From contig JAAEQR010000195.1 of assembly GCA_024231215.1 (NCBI GenBank), positions 142,755 to 206,754 of the forward strand: a DNA stretch of 64,000 nt, written 5' to 3'. A model generated the notes under the pieces. The model saw nothing but the letters and a program-made list of their open reading frames with translations. It was not told the origin of the DNA and made no database searches. The position numbers and the translations under genes are program-made. Origin of the DNA: PVC group bacterium (GTDB lineage Bacteria; Omnitrophota; Gorgyraeia; B26-G9). The first letter of the stretch is position 1; each line of letters starts with the position of its first letter. Of this stretch, positions 21,461 through 31,581 are shown in pieces.

Positions 21461-21504
21461 CTGTTATAATAGAACTGCTCTAAAGAGAAATAATCTGCTA
21501 TAAT
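21461..21504 (+). promoter_or_regulatory. Two tandem extended -10 promoter-like sites
   Basis: TGTTATAAT (21462-21470) and TGCTATAAT (21496-21504) in the 217-bp gap after wzx. Confidence 0.45.
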
Positions 21505-21524
21505 GAAGGCATCAAAGAAAGAAG

Positions 21525-22208
21525 ATGGGTAGAGTGATGGTGTTAATTGATATACTAAAAAATCTGAAAAAGTTAATTCGATTACTTATCGATTTAAGAA
21601 AAACACGAAAAAAATTCCCCACATGTCAGATTTATAACAGCACCATTATCGATTCTAACTCAGTATTAGGGGGATATAATTTGATATGTGAAAATGTAAT
21701 AGCTATAAATTCCTATATAGGAGAGCATACTATTGTGCAAAAAAATACTACAATATTTAATTCAGAGATTGGTAAATTTTGCGGTATTGCTGCAAGATGT
21801 AGTGTGGGACAAGGAAGACATCAAACAACCTTTGTAAGTTCTCATCCAGCTTTTCATAGCAATCAAGAAATCCTGGTAAAATCTTTTCATGAAGAATCTG
21901 ATAAGGTAATATCAAAGCGTACCTGTATTGGACATGATACTTATATTGGAGAAAATGCTATGATTATGGACGGCATTAAAGTTGGCATAGGGGCGGTAAT
22001 AGGAATGGGGGCTGTTGTAATAGAAGATGTGCCAGATTATGCAATTGTTTTTGGGAATCCCGCTCGAATATATAAGTATCGTTTTGAAAAAGAGATAATA
22101 AAAAAACTTTTAGAAACTAAATGGTGGGATATGCCTGTAGAATTTTTTGAAAAAAATGGAAAATGTTTTAATAATCCCGAAACATTTTTTAAATGTCTAG
22201 ATTTGTGA
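21525..22208 (+). CDS. CatB/Vat-related hexapeptide acyltransferase
   Basis: [35 protein letters not shown]...WWD. Confidence 0.85.
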   Translation: MGRVMVLIDILKNLKKLIRLLIDLRKTRKKFPTCQIYNSTIIDSNSVLGGYNLICENVIAINSYIGEHTIVQKNTTIFNSEIGKFCGIAARCSVGQGRHQTTFVSSHPAFHSNQEILVKSFHEESDKVISKRTCIGHDTYIGENAMIMDGIKVGIGAVIGMGAVVIEDVPDYAIVFGNPARIYKYRFEKEIIKKLLETKWWDMPVEFFEKNGKCFNNPETFFKCLDL

Positions 22209-22295
22209 AATTAATAGACAAAGATTTTAATTAATTTATTCATTATATATACAATAAAATATTTAAATATAATGCATTTGTAACAAGGTAATAAT

Positions 22296-24077
22296 ATGAA
22301 AAAAAAGAGGTCTTTTTTAGAGATTCAAGAGATGCTTAGCAGCTCGGATATATCTAAATGCCCAATTTTGGAAATTGCAGTTCTTCGTAATGTGATTCTC
22401 GAACCTATAGAGCAGTACTTGAGATACGAAGCTTTTAAAATAGGATTTGCTGCCAATGTTAAATTGGGGGAATATGATAATATTTTTCAGGAGGCTGCTG
22501 GAGGTAATAATATATTATTTAGCAAAAATACAGATTGTGTTCTCATCTTTATGAAAATGGAAACAGTATCGTGGGATATCTCACGCAACTTTGCCGTACT
22601 TAAAGCTTCTCAAATTAGCGATGAAATTGAGCGTATTAAGGGTTATGTTGTTAACATCCTTAAAGGTATTCGATTGCAGTCCAATGCTATGATTTTGTGG
22701 CATGGTTTTGAATATTTGATTAACCCAAGCTTTGGGATTTGTGACAGCCAAATCAAAAATGGACAAAATAGTACGATTAGAGACTTAAATAATTTTTTGC
22801 AAACTAAAATACAAGATACCCCCAATGCTTATTTTGTTGATCTTAATATATGTTTAACAAGAGTAGGCGCTCAAGAATTTTATGATTTTCGATATTGGCA
22901 TATCGCGAAGGCCCCCTATTCAAAAAAAGCTCTTCAGCAAATATCATCGGAGGATTTTAAATATATTCGCGCTCTCAAAGGTAAGAATAAAAAATGTCTT
23001 ATCCTAGATTGTGACAATACTCTCTGGGGTGGAGTTGTTGGAGAGGATGGGTTTTCTAACATTAAATTGGGTAGAAATTATCCAGGATCTTCATATTTCG
23101 AATTTCAACAAGAGGTTGTTAATCTATACCATAGGGGCATCATTATTGCTCTTTGCAGTAAGAACAACGAAGAAGATGTTTGGGAAGTTTTCAATACCCA
23201 TCCAGATATGATTCTTAAGGCGGAACATATTGCTACCAGTCAAATTAACTGGCAAGATAAAGCTTCCAATATTCGTCAAATTGCATTGGATTTGAATATT
23301 GGATTGGATAGTATTGTGTTTATGGATGATAGCGAATTTGAAATAAAACTAATTCGTAATGCTCTACCTGATGTGACAACTATACATCTTTCCGAGAAAA
23401 ATGCTGTAGAATACAGAGAGATATTAGCATCATGTGGATTGTTTGATACGATAACTATTGCTAGTGAGGATAAAAATCGTGGTGTTGCTTATAGGGCTGA
23501 AGCTAATAGAAAAAAACTCATGAACCAAATTATTTGCATGGAGGATTATTATAAATCATTAGAAATGATCTTAGAAATTAATTTTGCTAATAATTTTAAT
23601 ATACCTCGCATTGCTCAGCTGACACAAAAAACTAACCAATTCAATTTGACTACAAAGCGGTATAACGATGTGGATATAAAGGAAATGTCAGAAAGTAATA
23701 ATTTTGATGTTATATCTATTAGCCTTAAGGATAAGTTTGGTAATTCGGGCATTATTGGTGTCTGTATTCTGAGATACAAATCCAGGAAGGCAAGCTTTGA
23801 TACTTTTCTTCTCTCGTGCCGCGCTTTAGGGCGTGGTGTTGAAAATGTATTTGTTGTCCAGGCTTTAAGGCTGGCTAAAAAACGTGGCAACCAGCTTGCT
23901 ATAGGTGAATATTATGCCACTCGGAAAAACAAACAAGTCGAGAATTTTTATGAAAAAAATAGTTTTATAGAAAATAATGAAGAAAACTTGAAGGCAGATG
24001 GAATATTTTGCTATGACTTGCAAGAAAAGATAAAAACTCAACCACATTTCTTTAAAGAAATTAAATCAGAAATTTAA
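22296..24077 (+). CDS. FkbH-like HAD-IIIC glyceryl-ACP loading enzyme
   Basis: KCLILDCDNTLWGGVVGEDG (DxDxT), SKNN, FMDDSEFE, QKTNQFNLTT, FLLSCRALGR. Confidence 0.93.
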   Translation: MKKKRSFLEIQEMLSSSDISKCPILEIAVLRNVILEPIEQYLRYEAFKIGFAANVKLGEYDNIFQEAAGGNNILFSKNTDCVLIFMKMETVSWDISRNFAVLKASQISDEIERIKGYVVNILKGIRLQSNAMILWHGFEYLINPSFGICDSQIKNGQNSTIRDLNNFLQTKIQDTPNAYFVDLNICLTRVGAQEFYDFRYWHIAKAPYSKKALQQISSEDFKYIRALKGKNKKCLILDCDNTLWGGVVGEDGFSNIKLGRNYPGSSYFEFQQEVVNLYHRGIIIALCSKNNEEDVWEVFNTHPDMILKAEHIATSQINWQDKASNIRQIALDLNIGLDSIVFMDDSEFEIKLIRNALPDVTTIHLSEKNAVEYREILASCGLFDTITIASEDKNRGVAYRAEANRKKLMNQIICMEDYYKSLEMILEINFANNFNIPRIAQLTQKTNQFNLTTKRYNDVDIKEMSESNNFDVISISLKDKFGNSGIIGVCILRYKSRKASFDTFLLSCRALGRGVENVFVVQALRLAKKRGNQLAIGEYYATRKNKQVENFYEKNSFIENNEENLKADGIFCYDLQEKIKTQPHFFKEIKSEI

Positions 24078-24089
24078 TAGGAGGTTATT

Positions 24090-24314
24090 ATGAAAGAGAA
24101 GTTATTCAATATTTTAAGACGAGTTGCAAAGGTTTCAATTGAAGAGGTGAATGAGGAGTCATCACCTGATACGATTGATTCATGGGATTCTTTAACGCAT
24201 ATTAACTTAATTTTGGCAATTGAAGAGGAGTTTGAAGTGAATTTTTCTCATGATCAAATAGCGAGAATGCAGAGCTTTAAATCAATAGTAGAATGTTTAA
24301 ATGAGAATCTGTAA
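24090..24314 (+). CDS. Acyl carrier protein
   Basis: 74 aa, acidic; WDSL phosphopantetheine site and LAIEEEF; GGAGG SD. Confidence 0.92.
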   Translation: MKEKLFNILRRVAKVSIEEVNEESSPDTIDSWDSLTHINLILAIEEEFEVNFSHDQIARMQSFKSIVECLNENL

Positions 24315-24344
24315 ATACAGAAGGATAATAGCAGTCTGGGATAT

Positions 24345-25253
24345 TTGAAGATGAAAGAAAGACTTTTGAAATATCTCTTCAGCAAAAACGCAAGGCACAA
24401 GAAAAAAGTCGAAACAGCGTTTGGAAAAAATCCAGATATGCTTTTTGACCTTGAAAAGTTTCTTGATCGATACGATTTATTCATGAAAAATGAAAGAATA
24501 ACTGTCGAAGAACTTGTAGACGCCTATCTTCTAATGCTTGAGCAAATGATGATAGCACGCTTGATATTTCTCAGAACAGGTAGGTATCCATCTAGTTCTC
24601 AGAAAGAGTCTTATGATAACGTTTATAGCAATAAAAAGGTTATGCGAAATTATATGCTTGGCCTTGCTCTTTCACAGTTTTTATGGGAGCACCATTATAA
24701 GATATTCAAGTTTTATTGTGATGAGCTTCTGTATTTGAGAAAGCACAGGGTGTGTTTAGAAATAGGCTCAGGGCATGGGCTTTTTACTTTAGAGTTCCTA
24801 GATAGGATAAGAGACTTTGAGACTCTTGATGTAATTGATATAAGCAGTACTTCTCTAGATATAACACGGGGAATTATTAAAACCCTCAAGTTAGAATGTC
24901 TGAAAAAAGTGAACTTTATTAAGGCAGATGTAAATCTATATCAACCACTATCCCAGTATGACTTTATTATGATGGGAGAAGTTTTAGAACATGTGGATGA
25001 TCCTTTAAAGATGCTTAAAAACGTTTATAGGCTGCTAGCTGCTGAAGGTTCTTTCTATTTGACGACATGTGCAAATGCACCTGCGATGGATCATGTCTAT
25101 CTTTTTAACAATGTCGATGAGATAAGGATGCTTATAAAAGAGGCAGGTTTTTTAATATCAAAAGAACTTGTTGTGCCATCAGAATGCAAGAATTGGAAAG
25201 AAATAGAGTCACAAAAAATTGATATATCTTACGCGGCACTACTTGCAAAATAA
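24345..25253 (+). CDS. Class I SAM-dependent methyltransferase
   Basis: LEIGSGHG, IDIS, GEVLEHVDDP. Confidence 0.88.
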   Translation: MKMKERLLKYLFSKNARHKKKVETAFGKNPDMLFDLEKFLDRYDLFMKNERITVEELVDAYLLMLEQMMIARLIFLRTGRYPSSSQKESYDNVYSNKKVMRNYMLGLALSQFLWEHHYKIFKFYCDELLYLRKHRVCLEIGSGHGLFTLEFLDRIRDFETLDVIDISSTSLDITRGIIKTLKLECLKKVNFIKADVNLYQPLSQYDFIMMGEVLEHVDDPLKMLKNVYRLLAAEGSFYLTTCANAPAMDHVYLFNNVDEIRMLIKEAGFLISKELVVPSECKNWKEIESQKIDISYAALLAK

Positions 25254-25266
25254 AGGTTCATTTATT

Positions 25267-26706
25267 ATGATAAGTCGTAATTTTACATTTGAAGATCAAG
25301 AAAACTTTGCACAGCTTTCCGGTGACTATAATCCTGCGCATTTGGATGAAATAGCTACTCGTAGATTTCAATTTGGAAAGCCTGTTGCGCATGGAGTTCA
25401 CCTGCTTTTATGGACACTTGATTGCTGGCTAAAGGATCATTATGAATATGTGAAATTACGTTCATTGAAAGTTGATTTTAAAAAACCGGTATTTTTAAAT
25501 GAGAATGTACATTGTTTTTTTTATTCGCACACAGATGATAGAGTTAGCATTGAAGTTTCAATAGAAGATTCTGTAATTGCAAATATAGAAGTAGAATGGA
25601 GTACTTCAAGATTGTTTTTAGATAATAAACTGTGCGGAAAAGATCCAGATCGCCTTAATTGTAAAGTTTTGAATGCAGAAAAAGTCACTACTGTTTCAGG
25701 GAAATTAGATTTATGTGTTAACGAGGAGACTTCCTCAAAATTATTCCCTGTCTTGACTAAAAAAATGCCATTACAACAGTTAGCGGAGCTACTTGCAGTT
25801 ACAAGACTTGTGGGAATGGAGTGCCCAGGATATCATTCTGTATTATCTGCATTAGATATATCTTTTGTTGATAATCCCGATGCTCTATTAGAATTAACAT
25901 ATAATGTTTCTGAATATGACAAAAGATTTTCTTTGTTATCGATAAACTTACGAGGCCCTAGTCTAAATGGTACAGTAAGAGCATTTTTTCGACCGCCCCC
26001 TAAAAGTCAAAAAAGCATTTTTTGTTTACGCAAAAAAATTACCAATAAAGAATTTAAAGGGCAAAATGCGTTAATAATAGGTGGTTCTCGTGGGTTGGGG
26101 GAAGTTGCCGCTAAGCTTCTTGCCGCAGGTGGAGCAAATGTGAAAATAACGTATTATAGAGGCAAAGAAGATGCACTCAAGATAGTTGATGAGATAGTTT
26201 CAGTGGGAGGGTATGCTGATTGTACGCCTTTTAATATATTGGATATAGAAAACGCTTTGTCTAACAAACTAATTGCCGAAACAAAAATAACTCATTTGTA
26301 TTATTTTGCTACACCATCTATCTTTGCTATTAAATATAAAAAATATTTTTCTTCAAAGCTATTTAAAAAATTCTGTAAATATTATGTGACAGGGTTTGAG
26401 TCAACAGTGAACAGTTTGTGTGCAATATCTCCGGGAATAACGAATATTTTTTATCCATCTTCGATCGCTATTGATGAATTACTGCCATCTTTGGCTGAAT
26501 ATACTTGCGCTAAAGTAGCGGGTGAGATTTTGTGCAATTTGCTTGAGAAATATCATAAAGGATTATCCATTTATAAACCGCGTTTACCCAGAATGGCTAC
26601 GGATCAAACAGCTAGTGTTTTGATCCATAATAGTCAAGATGCTGCTCCAGTTATGCTTGGGCATATTAGAAAATTTTGTGACATGAAGAAAAAAGAAGTT
26701 TATTGA
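25267..26706 (+). CDS. MaoC-like dehydratase fused to an SDR reductase
   Basis: FAQLSGDYNPAHLD...PVAHG hydratase motif; C-term GGSRGLG and YTCAK (YxxxK). Confidence 0.88.
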   Translation: MISRNFTFEDQENFAQLSGDYNPAHLDEIATRRFQFGKPVAHGVHLLLWTLDCWLKDHYEYVKLRSLKVDFKKPVFLNENVHCFFYSHTDDRVSIEVSIEDSVIANIEVEWSTSRLFLDNKLCGKDPDRLNCKVLNAEKVTTVSGKLDLCVNEETSSKLFPVLTKKMPLQQLAELLAVTRLVGMECPGYHSVLSALDISFVDNPDALLELTYNVSEYDKRFSLLSINLRGPSLNGTVRAFFRPPPKSQKSIFCLRKKITNKEFKGQNALIIGGSRGLGEVAAKLLAAGGANVKITYYRGKEDALKIVDEIVSVGGYADCTPFNILDIENALSNKLIAETKITHLYYFATPSIFAIKYKKYFSSKLFKKFCKYYVTGFESTVNSLCAISPGITNIFYPSSIAIDELLPSLAEYTCAKVAGEILCNLLEKYHKGLSIYKPRLPRMATDQTASVLIHNSQDAAPVMLGHIRKFCDMKKKEVY

Positions 26707-26732
26707 TGAATAAACAAATCCAAAGGCGCTGA

Positions 26733-27326
26733 ATGATGAAAATGAAAAAACTTAGATTTCAAAGGTTGTATGGCCTGATAAAAGCAGGTATTTTTTTTAT
26801 TTGCAATAAGGGTAAGTATAAGAAACTGGAAATTGGTGCTTTTGTAATCAAACCTTTGCGTTTAAACGGCACCCCACATATGTCTATTTTAAAAGGTGCT
26901 GTTGTTCAGAAATATACCTGGCTGTTTGCTTTGCAGATAGATGAACATGTTCCGGAATTAGTTATAAAAGAGGGGTGCTCGATAGGAGATTTTAACCATA
27001 TTGCTGCAGTCAGGAAAGTTATAATTGGGAAAAATGTTTTAACTGCTAATAGAGTTTATATTTCTGATAATATTCATTGCTATAAAGATGTAAATACACC
27101 TATTATGCATCAGCCCGTTGAATTTAAGTCAGAGGTTGCTATCGGGGATGGTTCCTGGATTGGTGAGAATGTTTGTGTTATCGGCGCTAAGATAGGAAAA
27201 AATTGTGTTATCGGTGCAAATTCTGTTGTAACAAATGATATCCCCGATTACTGTGTCGCTGTGGGTGCCCCGGCCAAGATAATAAAGAGATTTAATGCTG
27301 CAACAAAAGAATGGAAGAAGGTCTAA
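26733..27326 (+). CDS. Hexapeptide-repeat acyltransferase
   Basis: YISDNIH, IGDGSWIGENV, IGANSVV, AVGAPAK. Confidence 0.88.
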   Translation: MMKMKKLRFQRLYGLIKAGIFFICNKGKYKKLEIGAFVIKPLRLNGTPHMSILKGAVVQKYTWLFALQIDEHVPELVIKEGCSIGDFNHIAAVRKVIIGKNVLTANRVYISDNIHCYKDVNTPIMHQPVEFKSEVAIGDGSWIGENVCVIGAKIGKNCVIGANSVVTNDIPDYCVAVGAPAKIIKRFNAATKEWKKV

Positions 27327-27334
27327 AATAGATT

Positions 27335-28132
27335 ATGAAAAGTTGGTTAGCAGAACAATATAAGTCTAAAGCTTCACAATTTGATGCGGAGGTCATTAGC
27401 CGTTATCCTGATTCACAAAAGATATTCAGCGATCCGCATGAATTTTATAAGGGCCTTGTCGGTGAATGGAATTATCTTGATGCTGTCAAGGCTTTAGACT
27501 GGGATAAATATATTAAAAAGGATGCGGTTATTATTGATATCGGCGGCGGGACAGGATGGCTCAGCGCATATATCTCAAGTTTTGAGCAGGTAAAAGAAAT
27601 AAGCCTTATTGATTCAAGCCGATTTTTTTTAGAAAAAATGGTTCCCGAAATGATAAAGCTTATGAAGGGAGTTCCGGAAAAAATCAAGATAGTGGAAGGA
27701 CTTTTTTCGCCATTACTTCTTGATGATGAATCGATTGATGTTGCTTTTATATGTTCATCAATGCATCATGCCGATAATATTTCTAAGTTATTAATTGAAA
27801 TAAAAAGAGTTTTAAAAAAAGGCGGCTATCTTTTTATCTTAAATGAAACCCCATATAATAATTTCTCGTATTTAGGGGCAATTATAAAACAATTTTTAAT
27901 TATTGTCAGAGACATTATTTTTCACCGTTTCAAGGCTGTCTCGACATCAATTGCATCTAACGGATTTTTGTATGATCCGTATTTGAATGATAAGGCATAT
28001 CCCTTCTGGTACTGGGAAAAAGCTATTAAAGAAAGCGGGTTTTTGCTTGCTGATGTGGTAAACACCGGATTATCTACTCTCAAACAAAAAAAAGGGATAA
28101 TGCTAAGGCATTTTATCTGTAGGAAAAATTGA
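27335..28132 (+). CDS. Class I SAM-dependent methyltransferase
   Basis: IDIGGGTG, SMHHA, RVLKKGG. Confidence 0.88.
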   Translation: MKSWLAEQYKSKASQFDAEVISRYPDSQKIFSDPHEFYKGLVGEWNYLDAVKALDWDKYIKKDAVIIDIGGGTGWLSAYISSFEQVKEISLIDSSRFFLEKMVPEMIKLMKGVPEKIKIVEGLFSPLLLDDESIDVAFICSSMHHADNISKLLIEIKRVLKKGGYLFILNETPYNNFSYLGAIIKQFLIIVRDIIFHRFKAVSTSIASNGFLYDPYLNDKAYPFWYWEKAIKESGFLLADVVNTGLSTLKQKKGIMLRHFICRKN

Positions 28133-29622
28133 ATATGTTACGTATAGGGCTTATCTCATTCCTCACTAATAACTTGAGTATTCGGTTGCTTTCAGCTTAT
28201 TTAAAACAAAATGGAGTTGAAGTTATATCTATTTTTTGTCCGCCTGATTTTAATGAAAAAAAAGCCAAAGATATCATGGATATTCTAAAAGAGCACGATG
28301 TAATGCTTGCCGGAATAACACTGGTTACAGATGATTATAAAAAAGCTGTTGTGCTTACTCAAATGATTAAAAGCCGTCTTAATATCCCTGTGATTTGGGG
28401 CGGAGCACATCCAAGTGTATTGCCGCAGGAGTCTCTAAGGCATGCGGATATGGTCTGTATCGGAGAAGGTGAAGAAGCATTATTAGAATTGATCAAGAGT
28501 TTGTCTTTAGGGGAGAGGAACCAAAGCATAAAGAATATTTGGTTTAAGGATGGAGACAATATAGTAAAAAATGAGTTAAGGGATTTAACCGAAGACTTAG
28601 ATGAATACCCTTTTCCTGACATGGATTGGAATTCACAGATAGTTATAACAGAAAACGGCGCTGAGAAAATGCACGAAGATCACTTCCAGGGAGAGTATAA
28701 TATTATCACCTCTCGTGGCTGCCCTTATTCATGTTGTTATTGTTACAATAGTTACCGAAGGCAGCAGTATAAAGGAAAAGGTAAGTATTTACGCATGCGC
28801 ACTATTGGTAATGTGATTGATGAGTTGATAATAGCCAAGGCTCAGCTTAAGAATGTTCATTTGATCAATTTTTGGGACGATAGTTTTATGGCGAGGAGTA
28901 ATAGTGATTTTTTGTTATTCAAAGAACTGTATTCTAAGAATATAAATTTGTCTTTTTTTGCTTTGGCTGAACCGATGGCTTTTAATGAAGCGAAAGTCAG
29001 TATCTTAAGAGAATGCGGACTGGAAATGTTGCAAATAGGTATACAGACTGGCAGTGAAAGGGTAAACCGGGAAGTTTACAATCGCCGGGTAACTAGAGAT
29101 CAGACTCTGGCAACTGCGCAGGTTATTAGTCGCTTAGGGATCAAGGTTATTTATGATGTTATTTTTAACAATCCTTATGAAAACGAAGATGATTTACGAG
29201 AGACCGTAAGGCTTTTTGCAAATTTCCCGCGACCTTTTGCTTTGCAAGGATTTAACCTGATTTTTTATCCCGGGACTGAAATGGCGAAAAGGGCGTTGAA
29301 GGATGGTTTTATATCGCAAAAGGGAAATCAGGAGGATTTTTCTACAATACAAGGTCGAAAAAATTCGCCGCTTTCTTTCAAGATGAAACCGGTTATTAGC
29401 GGAAGATTTTACAGAGTTAATTATGATAGTCGGAGTAAGAAGTATTATAATTTAGTTATTTTGCTTACTTCCTATTTATGGGTTCCTCGATGGATTATTG
29501 AATTTTTTGCTAAGTCCAAAAATTTTTTGAAGTTAGTAATGTTGAATCTTTTTATCCATGCATATTCATTTCTATCTCGGGTAAAAAATAAAAAGTTTTT
29601 TGTGGATGGGAATAATGTCTGA
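28129..29622 (+). CDS. B12-binding radical SAM protein (class B methyltransferase-like)
   Basis: IWGGAHPS...IGEGE cobalamin domain; TSRGCPYSCCYC; FWDDSF; GIQTGS. Confidence 0.9.
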   Translation: MNMLRIGLISFLTNNLSIRLLSAYLKQNGVEVISIFCPPDFNEKKAKDIMDILKEHDVMLAGITLVTDDYKKAVVLTQMIKSRLNIPVIWGGAHPSVLPQESLRHADMVCIGEGEEALLELIKSLSLGERNQSIKNIWFKDGDNIVKNELRDLTEDLDEYPFPDMDWNSQIVITENGAEKMHEDHFQGEYNIITSRGCPYSCCYCYNSYRRQQYKGKGKYLRMRTIGNVIDELIIAKAQLKNVHLINFWDDSFMARSNSDFLLFKELYSKNINLSFFALAEPMAFNEAKVSILRECGLEMLQIGIQTGSERVNREVYNRRVTRDQTLATAQVISRLGIKVIYDVIFNNPYENEDDLRETVRLFANFPRPFALQGFNLIFYPGTEMAKRALKDGFISQKGNQEDFSTIQGRKNSPLSFKMKPVISGRFYRVNYDSRSKKYYNLVILLTSYLWVPRWIIEFFAKSKNFLKLVMLNLFIHAYSFLSRVKNKKFFVDGNNV

Positions 29623-30592
29623 ATTAGTAAGTGTAATTATTACAAGTTATAATCATGGTGAGTATTTAAAAGAGCGTTTGGATACTATCCTGGGACAGAC
29701 TTATAAAAATATTGAAATTATTGTAGTAGATGATTGTTCGATAGATAATAGCCTTGAGGTATTAAAGGGTTATGCTGGTTATTCGAATGTGAAGGTGATT
29801 GCACTTAAAGAAAATGTCGGATATGCCCTTGCTTGCCACAAGGGAGTAGGCGAAAGTAAGGGAAATTTTATTATTTTTGCTGAATCTGACGACTTTAGTG
29901 AACCTGAGCAGATAGAAATGCTCTTTGACGTAATAGTAAAAGATGAACGTATCGGAGTTGCCTGGTGCAGAAGTAATATCGTAGATGAAAATGGAAAAGT
30001 GCTAGGTGATGATTATTCAGGACGAGAAAAATCCTTTCGTCTGATGTGCAAAGAGAGCACATTTATAAGAAAAGAATATATGCAGAGGCTTTTTTTGTCT
30101 TCTTGCGTTATTCCGAATATGAGCGCTGCGCTTTTAAGAAGGTCTTTTTTTGAGCAAACAGGGGGACTTTCTCCTAATTATAAAGCTTGTGCGGATTGGG
30201 ATTTTTGGAATAGGATGGCAATGGTTTGTGATTTTTTTTATATTACAAAAACTTTAAATAATTTTAGAACACATGGGCAAACCGTAAGGAATACTTTTGA
30301 ATCAAATCTTCAGGCACAAGAGATTCTTAAACTTACAGCTGATGCCAGCAATACGGTTTATTCAACGAGAAAAGGGCGATTAAAGTCATGTTTTAATTTG
30401 GGCTATATTGGGGCATATATGATTATTTATAGTTTAGGGAATAGGTTTAAAAATGCTATTTTTATTTATAAGGAAGGCAGTCGATATGTAGGTTTTTTTA
30501 TTTTTTTTCTACTGTTTGGGTTCTTAAAAAATTTCTGGAAATACATAGGTATGGTTTTTAATAGACAAGTATTTTTAAAAGGTTGGTTTTAA
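29615..30592 (+). CDS. Glycosyltransferase family 2
   Basis: VSVIITSYN, VVDDCSID, ESDD, DWDFW. Confidence 0.9.
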   Translation: MSELVSVIITSYNHGEYLKERLDTILGQTYKNIEIIVVDDCSIDNSLEVLKGYAGYSNVKVIALKENVGYALACHKGVGESKGNFIIFAESDDFSEPEQIEMLFDVIVKDERIGVAWCRSNIVDENGKVLGDDYSGREKSFRLMCKESTFIRKEYMQRLFLSSCVIPNMSAALLRRSFFEQTGGLSPNYKACADWDFWNRMAMVCDFFYITKTLNNFRTHGQTVRNTFESNLQAQEILKLTADASNTVYSTRKGRLKSCFNLGYIGAYMIIYSLGNRFKNAIFIYKEGSRYVGFFIFFLLFGFLKNFWKYIGMVFNRQVFLKGWF

Positions 30593-30594
30593 CA

Positions 30595-31581
30595 ATGGGA
30601 ACAGGTAATGTGATAAAAAATACCGAAGAGTTTTATGATCAACGTTACTCTAAGGGTTATATGGAAGAATGGCCTTTAGAGCAAAAACAGAGGGTTTTTA
30701 AGCTAATCAGAGAGCTGAATTTGCCAGAAACTGGAAAAGTTTTGGATTTTGGCTGTGGCAACGGAGAATTTACAAGTGTTTTAAAACAGGCGTTACCAGG
30801 AGGGGATGTAACTGGAGTTGATATAAGTTCTGTAGCTATTGAAAATGCCCGGAAACGTTATCCTGAATGCTCATTTTCGCTGATCAGTGAGCTTAGTTCA
30901 CAGAATAAAGAATTTGATTTTTTATTCACTCATCATGTGCTTGAGCATGTAAGTGATATTGATAGCACCTGGCTTGAGATCAATAAAGTTTTAAAAGATA
31001 AAGCTCATGTCCTTCATATCCTGCCGTGCGGTAATACCGGCAGCTTTGAATATATGCTCTGCATGTTAAAGCGTGACGGAATTGAAAAAAATTTTTGTAA
31101 CAGGTTTTATTTTGAAGATAAAAGTCATTTACGGCGATTAACCTCAGCTCAAATGAATGAACTGGCATCTAAATATTCTTTTAAGTCAGAGTTTGCGTAT
31201 TTCAGCAATCACTTTTATGGGGCAATTGACTGGATCAGCTCAGCTAGGCCCGAGACAATATGGCAAATATTTAATCCGCAGAAATCTGCTGATATGTTTT
31301 CTTCTCTTAAATTGATTGGTTTCTTGATTTTATTTATGTTTATTAAAGTAATGCGTTTTCCGGCAAATACAATAGATTATAAGATAAAAAGTTTAAAAAG
31401 TTATCAGTATTACTTTTTCTTGTTAATATTTTTACTCATTTATCCGTTATCGAAATTGATAAACATTTACTTGAAGTATAAAACTCGAATAGAATGGAAG
31501 AATAATAGAAATGAAATAAACGGAAGTGAAATGTATATTTATTATAAAAAGATAGGATCTATACAAAAAGGAGGTTTTTAA
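30595..31581 (+). CDS. Class I SAM-dependent methyltransferase with C-terminal hydrophobic segments
   Basis: LDFGCGNG, GVDIS, HHVLEHV. Confidence 0.87.
   Translation: MGTGNVIKNTEEFYDQRYSKGYMEEWPLEQKQRVFKLIRELNLPETGKVLDFGCGNGEFTSVLKQALPGGDVTGVDISSVAIENARKRYPECSFSLISELSSQNKEFDFLFTHHVLEHVSDIDSTWLEINKVLKDKAHVLHILPCGNTGSFEYMLCMLKRDGIEKNFCNRFYFEDKSHLRRLTSAQMNELASKYSFKSEFAYFSNHFYGAIDWISSARPETIWQIFNPQKSADMFSSLKLIGFLILFMFIKVMRFPANTIDYKIKSLKSYQYYFFLLIFLLIYPLSKLINIYLKYKTRIEWKNNRNEINGSEMYIYYKKIGSIQKGGF

Noticed and set aside
21525-22208. Antibiotic resistance gene (catB/vat)
   Set aside because: Hexapeptide acyltransferases of this family are common in glycan loci, and the context indicates sugar acylation
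22296-26706. A true PKS/NRPS secondary-metabolite cluster
   Set aside because: No ketosynthase, adenylation, condensation or thioesterase domain in the window
18880-28095. A9/T8 homopolymers as phase-variation tracts (near 18887, 19145, 19796, 28087)
   Set aside because: Expected in AT-rich, Lys-rich coding sequence; all frames are intact and there are no poly-G/C tracts
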